From NCBI GenBank assembly GCA_964035545.1, contig OZ037765.1, positions 6,272,698-6,336,697 of the forward strand: 64,000 nucleotides of DNA. Direction: 5' to 3'. The position numbers and the translations under genes are program-made. Source of the stretch: Bugula neritina. Taxonomy: Eukaryota > Animalia > Bryozoa. Below the pieces are notes generated by a model. That model worked only from the letters and a program-made list of their open reading frames with translations, did no database searches and had not been told where the DNA came from. Shown here in pieces: positions 61,601 through 64,000 of the stretch; position 1 is the stretch's first letter, and each line of letters starts with the position of its first letter.

Positions 61601-64000
61601 GTGACAGCAATCAGCACGTACGCGCTGCCGCTGACGACACTGCCAGAGCCGTGATGAGCAAACTCTCGGCTCACGGAGTCAAACTGGTGCTGCCACTTTT
61701 ACTCAAAGCTTTGCAGGAAGATCAGTGGAGAACAAAATGCGGTCAGTGGCTAGGCTGATGTCAACATGCATTATATACTTATCATTCAATCATGGTGTTT
61801 TTTTACAACTCGCCTATGCAATGTTTCCTTTCAACTGTACGGATAAGTTGTTTGCTGTTGTAGGCTCCGTGGAGCTGCTGGGTGCCATGGCATTCTGTGC
61901 CCCCAAACAGCTCTCAGCTTGTCTCCCCCAAATTGTACCTCAGTTAGTGGATGTTCTGGCGGATTCTCACGACAAAGTGCGGAGCGCCGGTGCTACTGCC
62001 CTCCAGCATATCGGAGAAGTCATTAAGAACCCTGAAATTCAATGTAAGCCTGTAATTTAGTTAGATTTCAGATTGAAGAAATTGGTAACTTGTATTATGG
62101 AATTTGTATTCACAAAGTTTCTATTTCTGTATTTGTTTAGCCATAGTACCAGTTATGTTGGAGGCCTTGAAGAACCCAAGTCATCATACCACTAAGTGTT
62201 TGCAGACTTTATTGGATACCCAGTTTGTGCATTTCATTGATGCCCCATCACTAGCTCTCATCATGCCTGTGGTCACTCGGGCTATTGAAGACAGATCTAC
62301 TGAAACCAGGAAGATGGCCTGTCAAATCATTGGTAACATGTACTCACTCACTGACCAAAAGGTGGGTACAGATTTTCAACTGATAAAGCTCTCGAGTCAT
62401 TATATTTCCTTGAAGAAATTAACTTTTTACTTCTACAATTTGAAGCATCCGATAAAATATTGTGTGAAGTTGATTGCATTTTTCATTGATATTTTTGTGT
62501 CATCTGGATTAGTTTAGTATTTTTCTATTGCATCACCTCAATAATATGAATTAGTATCTGTTAGCATTATAATTATAGGTTACTATAAGTTTACTTCTAT
62601 TAAATTCCTACATATTTAATAAAATGTCGTAATTGTAGGATCTTGCACCTTATCTACCCAACATAATGCCTGGTTTGAAGAAGTCTCTGGTAGATCCAGT
62701 TCCTGAAGTGCGAGGCATGTCGGCTAGGGCTCTCGGCGCCATGGTTCGGGGCATTGGAGAACAAGGCTTTGAAGATCTTCAGCCCTGGTTGATGGCTACG
62801 CTCACCTCAGATGTAAACACTGTCAACAGGTATACTGTCTAACACGGTTCTTCCTACTGTGCTCAGATAATATTTCTATATACTTTAACTCAGCTAGCAT
62901 GATGGTGAATCAATGTGTGTGAAAGGTTTTAATGTATGCTAAGTGATTCTAAAAGATGTAAATGCAAACAATTTTAACAGCAGCTACTATAACTGTAACT
63001 AACTGTCATAACTCACTTACTTATGTGGACTATGTGTATAGTATGTATATACTATATAGTCTGTATATAGTCTGTATATATTGTATGTGTATAGTCTGTA
63101 TATAGTATGTGTATATAATCTGTATATAGTATGTATACAGTATGTGTATAGTCTGTATATAGTCAGTATATAGTCTGTATATAGTATGTGTATAGTCTGT
63201 ATATAGTCAATGTATATAGTCTGTATATACTATATAGTATGTGTATAGTATGTGTATAGTATGTGTATAGTCAGTGCGTTTGTCTCACAGGTCTGGTGCC
63301 GCTCAAGGTCTAAGTGAGGTCATAGGTGCGCTAGGTATTGGTAAACTGAAGCAGTACATCAGTGACATCATAGAGACGGCTAACAGGTCAGACATACCAC
63401 CATACGTACGAGATGGATACATCATGATGTTCATCTACTTACCCAGCGTGTTCGGTCAAGGTTTCACGCAGTTTGTGGGCCCCATTCTACCAACTATACT
63501 CAAGGTATGAATGGAGAATTGTCATCTGAGTATATGCTCACCTATCCAGAAAGAATTGTGTGGCGGCTGTCCAATTATATTGATTGCTTACGTGTATATA
63601 GAATTAGTTAGCTGGACCTGGTGTTGAACATTCCAGAATCCTAAATGAAACAGCTGTTTATTTTCATTTGAAAGTTCTCTTTGGCACACACATACATATA
63701 TTCTGTTTCTACAACCTATGCAGGCGCTAGCTGATGAGAGTGAGTATGTTAGAGATACAGGTCTGAAGGCAGGACAGAAGATTATAAACATGTTTGCCGC
63801 GACGTCTATTGAATTACTTCTTCCCGAGGTTTGTCTCTTTTGTACACAAAAATAACAATGTTCTACTGTTATGCAGAGATGCAGCATTTTCTTAGCTTGG
63901 TTTTATATGTTTTGATTTCGAATTTGGGTCTTTAGTCTGGTGGTTTCATTTTGCAAGCAGCAAACCTCTAATGCTGAAAATATTTAGCAGAACTCACACT
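43669..64000 (+). CDS. GCN1: Stalled-ribosome sensor / eIF2-alpha kinase activator GCN1 (5' portion; continues beyond the window)
   Basis: Many short HEAT-repeat exons with [111 protein letters not shown]. First exon MAKQE followed by GTTAGT. Confidence 0.96.
46322..46793. repeat. Intronic 14-bp tandem repeat, ~33 copies
   Basis: Unit TATCTGTACT(G/C/A)TAC inside a GCN1 intron. Confidence 0.96.
52323..52771. mobile_element. MITE-like element (~450 bp) in a GCN1 intron
   Basis: Perfect 17-bp inverted repeats AAGTTGCGTTTATACCT (52323-52339) and AGGTATAAACGCAACTT (52755-52771); flanks resemble a decayed TTAA target (Kolobok-like, inference). Confidence 0.72.
53772..55736 (+). CDS. Nested gene: pentraxin/LamG-like domain + Ser/Thr-rich stalk + single TM + cytoplasmic tail; 5' end unresolved
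   Basis: Exon ending at 54044 ([10 protein letters not shown]...TIVSY) splices in phase 0 (GTAAGT...TTTAG) to 54186-55736 ([11 protein letters not shown]...IFLDG...LFIGQYQ...[11 protein letters not shown]). The stalk has many NxS/T sites; TM is [19 protein letters not shown]. Lies within GCN1 intron 53032-57304. Confidence 0.85.
63030..63271. repeat. Intronic 12-bp tandem repeat, ~20 copies
   Basis: Unit GTRTATAGTMT-like, ending ~19 nt before a GCN1 acceptor at 63290. Confidence 0.93.

Overview
AT-rich, intron-rich eukaryotic (invertebrate animal, inferred) genomic DNA. From left to right: (1) an apparently intact Ty3/Gypsy LTR retrotransposon (5' LTR truncated by the window edge, element ends at 7306) with LTRs identical by eye, a tRNA-Leu PBS, a PPT and a -1 ribosomal frameshift signal between gag and pol; (2) a GT31 beta-1,3-galactosyltransferase-like gene; (3) a probable minus-strand solo LTR interrupted by a non-autonomous TIR DNA transposon with poly-G/poly-C termini; (4) an uncharacterised multipass membrane protein gene convergent with transketolase (TKT); (5) TKT head-to-head with PPIL2; (6) RAD51D head-to-head with GCN1, which runs off the right edge. 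A pentraxin/LamG + mucin-like stalk + TM gene is nested on the same strand inside a GCN1 intron. The most unusual unexplained pattern is a palindrome-rich, ~6-bp-periodic TACTAA/TTAGTA tract just inside the 5' end of each of the six non-nested host gene models; I did not see such tracts in internal introns. All gene models were spliced by eye and no database searches were run.
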